From the NCBI GenBank assembly GCA_035514295.1, contig DATKBB010000068.1, positions 135 to 64,134 on the forward strand: 64,000 nt of DNA, read 5' to 3'. The first letter of the stretch is position 1, and every line of letters starts with the position of its first letter. Made by a program: the position numbers and the translations under genes. The stretch is from Candidatus Limnocylindria bacterium. Lineage in GTDB: Bacteria; Chloroflexota; Limnocylindria; Limnocylindrales; CSP1-4. Below the pieces are notes generated by a model. The model saw nothing but the letters and a program-made list of their open reading frames with translations, searched no databases and was not told where the DNA came from. Below, piece by piece: positions 7,835 through 17,000 of the stretch.

Positions 7835-8644
7835 ATGGACACACGCAATACGGAAGGCCGCGCCTCGCACGTCGACTGGAGCGAGCAGGGCTACGAGCTC
7901 TACGACGCATCGGGCGACAAGGTGGGCGACATCGTCGAGGTCAATCCTTCCTACCTGATCGTCGAGCTCGAAGGCGGCCTCCTCCAGTTCCTGGGGCTGA
8001 GCGAGTCGCGCACCATCTACGTGCCGCGCGACGCGATTGCCCGCGAGGACGGCGAGCACTTGTTCCTGAACATCGACAAGGACCGGCTCGAGGAGCACCA
8101 GACCTGGACCGACCAGCCCGAGCAGTCGTTCTACGGCGAGGGTGGCACGGCCGATCAGAGTCATGCGGGCGGCACACAGGCCGCCGGCGGCACCGGCTAC
8201 ACCGATGAGTCCGCTTATCGCGACTCCGACCGGCAGGGGCGAACGCGCCTAGTGCGCTACGAGGAAGAGCTCGAGGCGGAGAAGGTCTCCCGGCAGGCGG
8301 GTGAGGTGAGCATCGGCAAGCACGTCGTCGAGGAGAACCGCACGATCGAGGTGCCTGTCCGCCGCGAGGAAGTGCACATCGAGCGCCACCCGGTGGGTGC
8401 CTCGGCCGACGCCAGCCAGTCCGTCGACGCCGACCTGCGCTCAGGCGACGCCTTCACGGAGGAGCGCATCAGCGTTCCGCTGATGGAAGAGGATGTCGAG
8501 GTGCGCAAGGTGGCCCGGCCGGTGGAAGAGGTCGAGATCACCAAGACGCAGACGGAGGAGACCAGGCACGTCGACGACAGCGTCCGACGCGAGGAGTTCG
8601 ACATCGACGACTCCACAGCGCGCCGCTACAGCGACGATCGCTGA
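7835..8644 (+). CDS. PRC-barrel plus YsnF/AvaK (DUF2382) domain stress-response-type protein
   Basis: AAGGGGGA precedes ATG 7835. The C-terminal half carries the typical YsnF repeats (VRYEEELEAEKVSRQAGEVSIGKHVVEENRTIEVPVRREEVHIERHPV ... ISVPLMEEDVEVRKV). Confidence 0.8.
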   Translation: MDTRNTEGRASHVDWSEQGYELYDASGDKVGDIVEVNPSYLIVELEGGLLQFLGLSESRTIYVPRDAIAREDGEHLFLNIDKDRLEEHQTWTDQPEQSFYGEGGTADQSHAGGTQAAGGTGYTDESAYRDSDRQGRTRLVRYEEELEAEKVSRQAGEVSIGKHVVEENRTIEVPVRREEVHIERHPVGASADASQSVDADLRSGDAFTEERISVPLMEEDVEVRKVARPVEEVEITKTQTEETRHVDDSVRREEFDIDDSTARRYSDDR

Positions 8645-8668
8645 GCCTTCCTCTCAGCAGGACAAGCC

Positions 8669-8705
8669 GAGGGCGGCGGGGGTGACCCCGCCGCCCTCAA
8701 TGTTT
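8669..8705 (+). terminator. Rho-independent-type terminator after the YsnF-like gene
   Basis: Perfect 13-bp GC-rich stem (8669-8681 gagggcggcgggg paired with 8686-8698 ccccgccgccctc) and a GTGA loop, followed by aaTGTTTc. Confidence 0.6.
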
Positions 8706-8743
8706 CGGAACGGAGCCGCCTTGCGGCGTTACGCTTGAGGCGG

Positions 8744-8829
8744 GCCGAAGTGGCGGAATGGCAGACGCGGCGGACTTAAAATCCGCGGCCCGCAAGGGCG
8801 TGTGAGTTCGAATCTCACCTTCGGCACCA
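8744..8829 (+). tRNA. tRNA-Leu (anticodon TAA), long variable arm, CCA encoded
   Basis: Acceptor GCCGAAG/CTTCGGC, D arm GCGGAATGGCAGACGC, anticodon loop CTTAAAA, variable arm GCGGCCCGCAAGGGCGT, T arm GTGAGTTCGAATCTCAC, and A-CCA at the 3' end. Confidence 0.95.
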
Positions 8830-8883
8830 GACTGGTGGCAGAACGCAGGCAATTGGCTGAGTTAGCGTGCGTCGGTCCGCCTG

Positions 8884-9279
8884 TTACGGCCCTTCGTCGG
8901 TACTACGGGTCGCGCGGTCCGACGCTGCGCGATAGCGCGCCTTCGCCTCCGCCTCGCTGACGGCCGCCATCGACTCCTCGGAGCTAGTCTCCGCAAGGTC
9001 AGCGTCGCTTGTCAGGGCCGCCAGCTTAGCCGACGCCGCGGTCTTCGCGGCCGACGCCTCGGCAGCGGTCGCCGCTTCCAGCGACCGCTTGGCCGCCTCG
9101 GCTGTCGCGGCAGCAGCCACGGCCGCCTCGGCCGCCGCCTCTGCTGCCACCTGCGCGGCAACGCGCCCGCGACGCGCAACGGCTGCCGCCTGCTCGGCCG
9201 TCCGCCACTCGCGGAGCGCATCTGCGACCGACGTATCGAGCCGTTCGCTCATTGCTTCCTGGCCATCACTTTCACTCAC
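8884..9279 (-). CDS. Ala/Glu-rich coiled-coil protein, unknown function
   Basis: 131-aa ORF with GTG 9279 (alternative ATG 9252), acidic termini and an alanine-rich helical core. A CATACT -10-like box with a GC-rich discriminator lies upstream. Strand assignment is less certain because the Ala-rich repeats also read open on the opposite strand. Confidence 0.5.
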   Translation of the reverse strand: MSESDGQEAMSERLDTSVADALREWRTAEQAAAVARRGRVAAQVAAEAAAEAAVAAAATAEAAKRSLEAATAAEASAAKTAASAKLAALTSDADLAETSSEESMAAVSEAEAKARYRAASDRATRSTDEGP

Positions 9280-9295
9280 GAAACCGACTGGGGCG

Positions 9296-9301
9296 AGTAT
9301 G
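9296..9301 (-). promoter_or_regulatory. Candidate -10 box (CATACT + cgcccc) for the Ala-rich gene
   Basis: The minus strand reads gcCATACTcgccccagtcggtttcGTG, the same -10/discriminator pattern seen before rpsF, ilvE, def and rplS. Confidence 0.3.
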
Positions 9302-9353
9302 CGGGATGCGGGCCTTGTGCCATCGCTCCCGTGCGCGAGCCTCGACGATCCGC

Positions 9354-10586
9354 TCAGCCGCGCTTGAGCAGGCCTCCCAGTCTGCTCTTGCGGGCAGCCG
9401 TGCCGCCGTTCTCGGGAGCCGCCTCCTCCCCCCGCAGGATCGCCGCCAAACGGCGCATGGCAGCTGCCTGCGGGCTGCGCGGCGCGGAGTTCATGATCGG
9501 CTGGCCCTCGTTGGCCGCCGTCAGGTAGAGCTCAGGATCGTAGGGGATTTCCAGGCCCACCTTGACGCCCAGATGCTCCTGGATCTGCTCAGCGGTGACC
9601 ATCTGGCGCGGGAAGATGTGGTTCAGCACGAACAGCGTGCGCTCGGTGGACACCTCCCCGCCGGAGAGCACTTCCAGCGCGCCGTGCAGCAGGCGCAGCG
9701 AGGGAATCTCGGCGGTGACCGTGATGACCGCCCGGTCGGCCGCCTCCATCAGCGCCAGGGCGCGCCAGTCGAGCACACTGCCGGCGTCGACGACGACGAT
9801 GGGAAAGGCAGCGCGCAGCGCTCGCAGCAGGGAAAGGGCGTGCTCGTGGTCCAGAGTGGCCCCCAGGTCGGGACGGCTGGGTGCTGCCAGTACATGCAGC
9901 CCGCTGGCATGCTGGACGGCCGATTGGCGCAGGTACTGGGCGTCGGCCAGCGCCTGCTCGTCGCGAGCGAGGTCCACCGTCGTGCTACGGGGCTGCACGT
10001 CCAGGTAGGTGGCCACCTGGCCACGCTGGAAGTCGAGGTCGGCCAGCGCGACGCCGCTCTTGACGCCTTCGGCCAGGGCCAGCGCGGTGTTGACCGCCAG
10101 CGTCGTCGAGCCCACGCCGCCCTTCGCCGCGGCGAAGACGAAAACCTGGCCCTGTGGTTGTCCGCCGTGCGCCGGCGTGACGGGGGCCATTCCTTCGGTC
10201 GGCTGGCGAGCCGGCGCCGCCTGCAACAGCAGGGCCTCGACCATGGCCTCCAGCTGGCGTGGGTCGAAGGGTTGCACCACCACGTCGTCGGCGCCCCGCT
10301 CCAGGAGCGCCACGCGCTGCTCGATATCCTCCGAGCTCACGATGGCCAGGATTCGCGGACGGGCATCCCCGCCGGCGTCGGTTGCCTGGCGCAGCTCCTG
10401 CAGCAGCCGTCCGACGTCCTCGTCGGTGGCGGCATCGACGATCAGCAGCTGGTGGTCGAGGGCCTGCCCCTTCGCGACGGCGGGGTCCTCTGTGACGGTC
10501 ACATCGGCGCCGCTGTCGCGCAGCACCTCCTTGATCGCCGGCTGCGCGGCACCGTCCACTGATAGCAGCAACACCCTGGCGGACAT
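9354..10586 (-). CDS. Receiver-domain protein fused to a TadZ/CpaE-like (MinD/ParA superfamily) ATPase domain
   Basis: The N-terminal CheY-like fold has the LLIVDAAT aspartate. The central part has FAAAKGGVGSTTLAVNTA (deviant Walker A without the GK lysine, as in TadZ/CpaE), VVVDAG and ITVTAEIPSLR. GGAGGG lies upstream of ATG 10586. Confidence 0.8.
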   Translation of the reverse strand: MSARVLLLSVDGAAQPAIKEVLRDSGADVTVTEDPAVAKGQALDHQLLIVDAATDEDVGRLLQELRQATDAGGDARPRILAIVSSEDIEQRVALLERGADDVVVQPFDPRQLEAMVEALLLQAAPARQPTEGMAPVTPAHGGQPQGQVFVFAAAKGGVGSTTLAVNTALALAEGVKSGVALADLDFQRGQVATYLDVQPRSTTVDLARDEQALADAQYLRQSAVQHASGLHVLAAPSRPDLGATLDHEHALSLLRALRAAFPIVVVDAGSVLDWRALALMEAADRAVITVTAEIPSLRLLHGALEVLSGGEVSTERTLFVLNHIFPRQMVTAEQIQEHLGVKVGLEIPYDPELYLTAANEGQPIMNSAPRSPQAAAMRRLAAILRGEEAAPENGGTAARKSRLGGLLKRG

Positions 10587-10670
10587 GCCCAACAATTCCC
10601 TCCGGAGATCGAATGGATCCGGCCGAGTCTAGCAAAGGGCACCGGGCGCAGATCGGCCGTGGCGCAGGTG

Positions 10671-10676
10671 TATACT
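10671..10676 (+). promoter_or_regulatory. Candidate -10 box TATACT (+cgcgcc discriminator) for rpsF-ssb-rpsR
   Basis: gtgTATACTcgcgcc lies 80 nt upstream of the rpsF ATG. The motif recurs before other operons in this window. Confidence 0.4.
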
Positions 10677-10756
10677 CGCGCCTGTCCTTTCAGTTCCGCC
10701 GCGGCCCGCCCGGCCCGCCAGCGGGGCAGATCCCATGGGAAGGAGTTCTTCACTTC

Positions 10757-11179
10757 ATGCGACGTTACGAGTTAATGGTCGTCCTCCGGCCCGACGCGCC
10801 CGAGGATGTGGTGCAGGGCGTCATCGACCGCGCCACGCGCTCCGTCATCAACGCCGGCGGACAGATCATCAAGGTCAGCCCCTGGGGCCGGCGCCGCCTG
10901 GCCTATCCCATCGGCCAGTACCGCGAAGGTTCCTACTTCATCGTCGTGTTCGACTCGCCGCCCGAAGCGGTGGCCGAGCTGGAGCGCAGCCTCAACATCA
11001 CCGAAGAGGTCATGCGCCAGCTGGTTACGCGCGTGGAGCGGCCGGTGGCCGCCCGCCGTCCGTCCAGCGAGGGCGGCGAGGAGGAGGACGGCCCGCCGCC
11101 CGAGGACGAAGAGGCGCCCGACGGCGAGTTCATCGACGAGTCGGAGAGCGAGGCCGCTCCCGCCGCCACTGATCGTTAG
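10757..11179 (+). CDS. rpsF: 30S ribosomal protein S6
   Basis: GGAAGGAG precedes ATG 10757. The protein starts MRRYELMVVLRPD...WGRRRLAYPI and has an acidic C-terminal tail. Confidence 0.95.
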   Translation: MRRYELMVVLRPDAPEDVVQGVIDRATRSVINAGGQIIKVSPWGRRRLAYPIGQYREGSYFIVVFDSPPEAVAELERSLNITEEVMRQLVTRVERPVAARRPSSEGGEEEDGPPPEDEEAPDGEFIDESESEAAPAATDR

Positions 11180-11200
11180 GGCACGAGGAGGACGTCTGAC

Positions 11201-11674
11201 ATGTCACTCAACAAGTGCATGATCATCGGCAACCTTGGGCGCGACCCCGAGATGCGCTACACGCCCAGCGGCCAGGCCGTGACCCAGTTCACCGTGGCGG
11301 TCAACCGCAACTACAAGGACCAGCAGGGCGAGCGGCAGGAAGAGACGGAGTGGTTCCGCGTGGTCGCCTGGGGCCAGCAGGCGGAGTTCGCCGCGGAGTA
11401 CCTGCGCAAGGGCAATAAGGTCTACGTCGAGGGCCGGCTGCAGACCCGCCAGTGGGAAGGCCAGGACGGACAGAAGCGCTACACCACCGAGCTCGTCGCC
11501 AACACCATCAAGAACCTCGAGCGCCGGCCGCGCGACGAGTCGGGTGAGCCCGCCGGCTACGGCGGACAAGGCGGACCGCCTGCCGCCCGACCCAGCGCCG
11601 GCTCCGGTTCCGGCTCGGGCTCCGGCCGGCCGGCCGAGCAGCCCGACGCCGACTACGACGACCTGCCTTTCTAG
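11201..11674 (+). CDS. ssb: Single-stranded DNA-binding protein
   Basis: MSLNKCMIIGNLGRDPEMRYTPSGQAVTQFTVAVN...WFRVVAWG, a Gly-rich linker and a C-terminal DDLPF tip. Confidence 0.95.
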   Translation: MSLNKCMIIGNLGRDPEMRYTPSGQAVTQFTVAVNRNYKDQQGERQEETEWFRVVAWGQQAEFAAEYLRKGNKVYVEGRLQTRQWEGQDGQKRYTTELVANTIKNLERRPRDESGEPAGYGGQGGPPAARPSAGSGSGSGSGRPAEQPDADYDDLPF

Positions 11675-11689
11675 AGAGGACTTACAAGC

Positions 11690-11962
11690 ATGCCCCCCAG
11701 CCGAACCAGCAGTCGCAAGCGCGACGACTTCTACCGCGACCGCCGGCGCCGGAAGGTCTGTTCCTTCTGCGCCGACAAGACCGTTCACATCGACTACAAG
11801 GAGATCAATCGCCTGCGCCGCTATCTCTCGGAGCGGGCCAAGATCGAGCCGCGCCGCAAGACCGGCACCTGTGCGGCGCACCAGCGCGAGCTGTCACTGG
11901 CCCTCAAGCGGGCCCGGCACGTGGCCCTGCTGCCCTACGCCCCGCAGCACCTCCGCCCGTGA
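11690..11962 (+). CDS. rpsR: 30S ribosomal protein S18
   Basis: [60 protein letters not shown]. Confidence 0.95.
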   Translation: MPPSRTSSRKRDDFYRDRRRRKVCSFCADKTVHIDYKEINRLRRYLSERAKIEPRRKTGTCAAHQRELSLALKRARHVALLPYAPQHLRP

Positions 11963-11992
11963 CCCGCTGCCTCGGCGGGCTGGCGGCAGACG

Positions 11993-11998
11993 TATACT
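11993..11998 (+). promoter_or_regulatory. -10 box TATACT placed 7 nt before the ilvE ATG (leaderless-type start)
   Basis: The sequence reads cgTATACTcgcgccgATG. No SD is possible in 7 nt. Confidence 0.45.
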
Positions 11999-12005
11999 CG
12001 CGCCG

Positions 12006-12977
12006 ATGGTGACCCAGAAGGAGCCCAGCGCGGCGCTTTCCGGCCACGGGAGGCGGCCGGCGGATCCCAAGATCCTGTGTTACTTCGGGGACGACTTCGT
12101 GCCGCTGGCCGAGGCGCGCATCCCGGTCATGACCCACGGCTTCCTGTACGGCACGGCCACGTTCGAGGGCATCCGCGCCTACTGGAACGAGGAGCAGGAG
12201 CAGCTCTACGGGTTGAAGATTCGCGAGCACTACCAGCGCATGGGCCACTCGGCGAAGGTGCTGCTGATGACCCCGCCGCTGAACCTCGACGGGATGGTCG
12301 AGGTGACGATCGAGCTGCTGCGCCGCAACGGCTTTCGGCAGGACACCTACGTGCGACCAACGCTATACAAGTCGACCGAGGCCATCGGCGTGCGGCTGCA
12401 CAACCTCGAAGAGGCGCTGGTCATCTTCGCCGTGCCGTTCGGGGAGTACCTCACGACCGCCGGCTGCACAGCCCAGACGGTCTCGTGGCGGCGCAACAGC
12501 GACCTGTCCATTCCCGCCCGCTCCAAGATCGTGGGCGCCTACGCCAATAGCGCCTTCTCCAAGAGCGAGGCGGCCCTCAACGGCTTCGATGAGGCGATCG
12601 TCCTGACCCACGACGGCCACGTGTCGGAGGGCAGCGCCGAGAACCTGTTCATGGTGCGCGACGGCAAGCTGGTCACGCCGCCGGTGACCGACGACATCCT
12701 CGAGGGCATCACCCGCGCCGGCTTGATGCAGCTGGCGCGCAACGAGCTGGGTATCGAAACCGTCGAGCGCCAGATCGACCGCAGCGAGCTGTACATCTGC
12801 GACGAGGTGCTGCTGTGCGGCACGGGCGCGCAGATCTCGCCGGTCGTCTCGATCGACAACCGGCCTGTGGGCGACGGCAGGGTGGGCCCGCTGGCGGCTG
12901 CGCTCTCCAAGCTGTACTTCGACGCGGTGCGCGGCCGGCTGCCTGCCTACTCGGACTGGCTGACGCCCATCTACTAA
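12006..12977 (+). CDS. ilvE: Branched-chain amino acid aminotransferase (class IV PLP enzyme)
   Basis: HGFLYGTATFEGIRAY...YVRP...PARSKIVGAYANSAFSKSEA...EGSAENLFMV...GITR fold-type IV motifs. The long upstream extension in the ORF track (from 11544) overlaps ssb and rpsR and is rejected. Confidence 0.9.
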   Translation: MVTQKEPSAALSGHGRRPADPKILCYFGDDFVPLAEARIPVMTHGFLYGTATFEGIRAYWNEEQEQLYGLKIREHYQRMGHSAKVLLMTPPLNLDGMVEVTIELLRRNGFRQDTYVRPTLYKSTEAIGVRLHNLEEALVIFAVPFGEYLTTAGCTAQTVSWRRNSDLSIPARSKIVGAYANSAFSKSEAALNGFDEAIVLTHDGHVSEGSAENLFMVRDGKLVTPPVTDDILEGITRAGLMQLARNELGIETVERQIDRSELYICDEVLLCGTGAQISPVVSIDNRPVGDGRVGPLAAALSKLYFDAVRGRLPAYSDWLTPIY

Positions 12978-13012
12978 CCGCCTGGCAGCGAGCGCACAGA
13001 GCGAGTGGGAAT

Positions 13013-13696
13013 ATGGGGGACGAGACCGCACCGGATGCGCCGCGCTCCGAGCGCAACAGTCAATATCGCCGGTCGCTCCGTGCCACCTTCAACCGCAGGC
13101 GCTTCGAGCGCGTCATGGAGCTGGTGAATCTTGGCCCACGCGACAGGATTCTGGATCTGGGTTGCGGCAGGGGGCGTAAGGGGGTCGCGTACTACAACAG
13201 GGTCAATCCAATCGTTGGGGTCGATCGCCTACCGCCCGAGATGATCGACCGGCTGAGCGACAATTTCCGCTACGTTCGAGGCAATGCCTCCGACCTCAAG
13301 CCCTTCGCCGACAGGTCGTTCGATGTTGTCGTGTCGTTCGGCCTCCTCGAGCACCTGAATGACGATGAGGTGCGTCGCATCGCTGCCGATACGCCACGGT
13401 TGGCCGGGCGCTTCGCGCATGTCGTCCCTCACCCGTTGGCCTTTGTAGAGCCTCATACTCGCATGCCTCTCTTCGGCCGCTGGCCGGCGGGACTTCGTTC
13501 CTGGTACGTACGCTTCTTCGCGCGCGGCAAGTCAGCCGATTACTGGGAAGGATTGGTCTGGCGCTCGTCGTCGCACTGGCGCGCGTTGTTTGGGGATTCG
13601 GACCTGCGCATCACGAGTCACTGGTACGGCCCACTGCTGCTGTACCAGATCGTCTACGGCGGCCGCCTCGAAGGCCCATCAGCACTCGGGGGCTAA
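13013..13696 (+). CDS. Class I SAM-dependent methyltransferase
   Basis: ILDLGCGRG (motif I), then VVVSFGLLEHL (motif II/III). The gene has visibly lower GC than its neighbours. Confidence 0.8.
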   Translation: MGDETAPDAPRSERNSQYRRSLRATFNRRRFERVMELVNLGPRDRILDLGCGRGRKGVAYYNRVNPIVGVDRLPPEMIDRLSDNFRYVRGNASDLKPFADRSFDVVVSFGLLEHLNDDEVRRIAADTPRLAGRFAHVVPHPLAFVEPHTRMPLFGRWPAGLRSWYVRFFARGKSADYWEGLVWRSSSHWRALFGDSDLRITSHWYGPLLLYQIVYGGRLEGPSALGG

Positions 13697-14075
13697 GAGA
13701 AGTTCGCTGACTCTGTGCCGGTGCGGCCGGCCCTGCCGGCGGCCGAGCGGGCGCAGTCGCCCTACTTCCCGACAGATGCTGGCTCTGTCGACCTTAACGT
13801 GCCTGACGGCCAACCTTCCGCCAGCTGGTGGACCGGCCGACACTACGCAGCTGCGGCGCTCGATTTGAATGCTTGGCGCCGCGACGACCTGAGCCTTGGC
13901 GGCTTACGTCGTTCTCGATTCAGCCCGATGGGGAGCGACTGGGTGCGGCGAAGGCGACGGATCGACGACGGATGCAGCGTAAGGTTGCCGTGGCCGACAG
14001 ATGACAGAGACCGGGGCTTCAGCGAGCTGCGGCTAGGGGCTCCCGGACTCGATCCGCCAAGTGCGGTCCGACCGG

Positions 14076-14081
14076 TATCCT
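14076..14081 (+). promoter_or_regulatory. -10-like box TATCCT placed 7 nt before the ileS ATG (leaderless-type start)
   Basis: The sequence reads ggTATCCTttcgccgATG, with the same spacing and cgccgATG context as ilvE and def. There is no SD. Confidence 0.4.
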
Positions 14082-14088
14082 TTCGCCG

Positions 14089-17000
14089 ATGCCCGTGGAG
14101 CAACGTCACGAGAGTCCCTTTCGTCCTGTCGCGCGCCAGCTTGACCTGCCCACGCTGGAGAGCGACGTGCTGGCGCTATGGGACGAGCGCAGCACATTCG
14201 CCCGACTGCGCACACAGAACGCCGGCAACCCACGCTGGTCGTTCCTCGACGGACCGATCACGGCCAACAATCCGATGGGCGTCCACCATGCCTGGGGAAG
14301 GACCTACAAGGATGTCTACCAGCGCTTCCGAGCGATGCTCGGCTATGACCAGCGCTGGCAGAACGGCTTCGACTGCCAGGGCCTGTGGGTGGAGGTCAAC
14401 GTCGAGCGAGAGCTCGGCTTCACGAGCAAGCGCGACATAGAGAGCTTCGGCATGGCCGAGTTCGTCGGGCTGTGCAAGCAGCGCGTTCTGACCTACGCCG
14501 CGGTGCAGACCGAGCAGTCGATCCGGTTGGGCATGTGGATGGACTGGAACGACCCGGCCGAGCTGCGCCGGCTGCGCGACCTGCTGGCCGAGGATCCCAC
14601 GCAGCAGGCGACCATCGAGGGCCCGGACGGCCCGGTCACGGACGGCGTCGAGATGCTCGTCGGGCGGCTGGGCATGCCCGAGATCGGCGGCTCGTACTTC
14701 ACCTTCTCGAACGAGAACAACGACCTTATCTGGGGCTTCCTGGCGGAGGTTCACCGGCGAGGCTGGCTATACAAGGGCCACGACTCGATGCCCTGGTGCG
14801 CACGCTGTGGCACGGGCATCAGTCAGATGGAGATGAACGAGGGCTACCAGGAGCGCGAAGACCCTGGCCTGACCGTGCGCTTCCCGCTGGTCGAGCGGCC
14901 GGGCGAGTGGCTGCTGCTCTGGACGACGACGCCCTGGACGCTGGCCGCCAACGTCGCCGCCGCCGTTGGACCCGAGCTGACCTACGTCAAGGTCCGCCAG
15001 GGCGAGGATCACTACTGGCTGGGCAAGGGCACGCTGAAGACGGCCCTACAGGGACCGTTCGAGGTGGTCGAGGAGCGCCCGGGCAGCGAGCTGGTGGGCT
15101 GGCGCTACCAGGGTCCATACGGCGAGCTGCCGGCCGTCCAGTCGGCCTTCCGCGAGGCCGGCTACGAGCACCGCGTGGTGCCGTGGGAGGAGGTCGGCGA
15201 GGAGGAAGGCACGGGCATCGTGCACATCGCGCCCGGCGCCGGCGCGGAGGACTACCAGTTGGGCAAGGAGGTGGGCCTGCCGGTCATCGCGCCGCTCACC
15301 GAGGACGGCCACTACGTCGAGGGTTTTGGGCCGCTGACCGGCCGGGATGCGGCCGGCGTGACCGCGCGCATCGTCGAGGAGCTCGAGGAGAGGCGCCTGT
15401 TCTATCACCTCGAGCCCTACACCCACCGCTATCCCCACTGCTGGCGCTGCGGCACGGCGCTGCTCTTCCGCGTGGTGGACGAGTGGTACATCAACATGGG
15501 CCCGGTCTACGACCAGCCACGCGCCACGCTGACCCGCCAGCAGGTCGAGGCGAGCCTGCGCTACCAGATCATGGAAGTCGTCGACCAGATCCGCTGGCTG
15601 CCGGGCTTCGGCTACGAGCGTGAGCTCGACTGGCTGCACACGATGCAGGACTGGATGATCAGCAAGAAGCGCTACTGGGGCCTGGCCCTGCCCATCTGGG
15701 AGTGCGCCGAGTGCGGCAACTTCGAGGTTATCGGCGGGCGCGAGGAGCTGAAGCAGCGGGCGGCGGAAGGCTGGGAGCAGTTCGAGGGCCATACCCCGCA
15801 CAGGCCGTTCGTGGACGCCGTCAAGGTCGCCTGCTCGAAGTGCGGCGCGCTGGCCTCGCGCATCGCCGATGTGGGCAATCCCTGGCTCGACGCCGGCATC
15901 GTGCCCTTCTCGACGCTGCACTACCGCACCGATCCGGAGTACTGGAATCGCTGGTTCCCGGCCGATTTCATCACCGAGTCGTTCCCGGGCCAGTTCCGCA
16001 ACTGGTTCTACTCGATGCTGGCCATGAGCACGGTGCTGCGCCGCGAGCCGCCCTTCAAGACGATCTTCGGCTACGCCCTGCTGTTCGGCGAGGATGGGCG
16101 GCCGATGTCGAAGAGCTGGGGTAACTCGATCGAGTTCAACGAGGCCGCCGAACGCATCGGCGTGGACGTGATCCGCTGGATGTTTGCCAAGTCGCGGCCG
16201 GAGGACAACATCCTGTTCGGCTACCGCGCCGCCGACGAGGCGCGCCGCGAGCTGCTCATCCTGTGGAACGTCTACGTCTTCTTCGTGACCTACGCCCGGC
16301 TGGCCGGCTGGGGGCCGCGAGAGGGCGTCGAGCAGGCCATCGAACAGGCAGCCGAGCGGCCCGTTCTGGACCGCTGGATCCTGTCGCGCAGCGCGGGACT
16401 GGCCCAGGCAGTCGAGGAGCGTTTGCTGAACTACGACGCGGCCGGCGCCGGCCGGCACATCGGCAGCTTCATCGATGACCTCTCGACCTGGTACCTGCGC
16501 CGCTCGCGGGAGCGCATGCGGGCGAGTGCCGCGCCGGCGCAGCAAGAGGCGGCCTTCGCCACGCTGCATGCGGCGCTGGTCAGCCTGAGCCGGATCCTGG
16601 CGCCGCTCCTGCCCTTCCTGTCGGAGCACATCTATCAGAACCTCGTCGTCACTGCGGCACCATCCATGCCCGACAGCGTCCATTTGACCGAGTGGCCCCG
16701 CGCGGCCACCGCAGCCCAACGCGATGAGCGCCTGGAACGCTCCATGTCGATCGTGCGCGGTGCCGTCGAGCTGGCCCGCACGGCGCGCGGCGAGGCGGGC
16801 CTGCGCCTGCGTCAGCCGTTGCGCCGGATGTGGCTGGCACTCCCCACGGGTTCGCTGGGCACGGGCGACGAGGCGGCCGAGGTGGAGCTGCTGGCGCTCC
16901 TGCAGGACGAGGTCAACGTCAAGCAGATCGAGCTCATCGGCGACGAGTCGGAGCTGGTCGAGAGGCGCGTCAAGCCGCTGCTGCCCGTCATCGGGCCGCG

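Noticed and set aside
6959-8164. Long antisense or out-of-frame ORFs throughout the window. Examples: 6959-8164(-), 15046-17154(-), 16812-17960(-), 19520-21049(-), 24649-26001(-), 26774-28537(-), 32770-34560(-), 38164-39390(-), 40682-42928(-), 46473-47951(-), 52389-53624(-), 54718-55896(-), 60526-61884(+), 62254-63561(+).
   Set aside because: They are typical high-GC shadow ORFs: Arg/Ala/Pro/Gly-rich junk composition and no recognisable motifs. Each fully overlaps a gene with clear family signatures on the other strand or in another frame.
11544-12005. Long N-terminal extensions offered by the ORF track for ilvE (11544), lspA (16830), rluD (17096), pyrH (48786), rsmD (30443), trmD (44837), rplS (45780), rpsB (47867), dtd (25658) and yloV (26750).
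   Set aside because: The extensions overlap upstream genes in other frames, have junk composition, and the family-conserved N-termini begin at the downstream starts listed in the features.
13697-14088. Possible T-box riboswitch in the 390-nt spacer upstream of ileS. A T-box was likewise considered upstream of proS at 57113-57427.
   Set aside because: I could not find the conserved T-box sequence (…GGGUGGUACCGCG-like) or a convincing specifier-loop/antiterminator arrangement; only weak resemblances such as aagtgcggtccgaccgg. The TATCCT box 7 nt before the ileS ATG suggests a leaderless transcript instead. A covariance-model scan (Rfam RF00230) would settle this.
13715-14440. ORF 13715-14440 (+) filling the methyltransferase-ileS spacer.
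   Set aside because: It runs out of frame 350 nt into ileS, has no SD or recognisable domain, and its composition becomes junk-like. At most its first about 100 codons could be a gene remnant.
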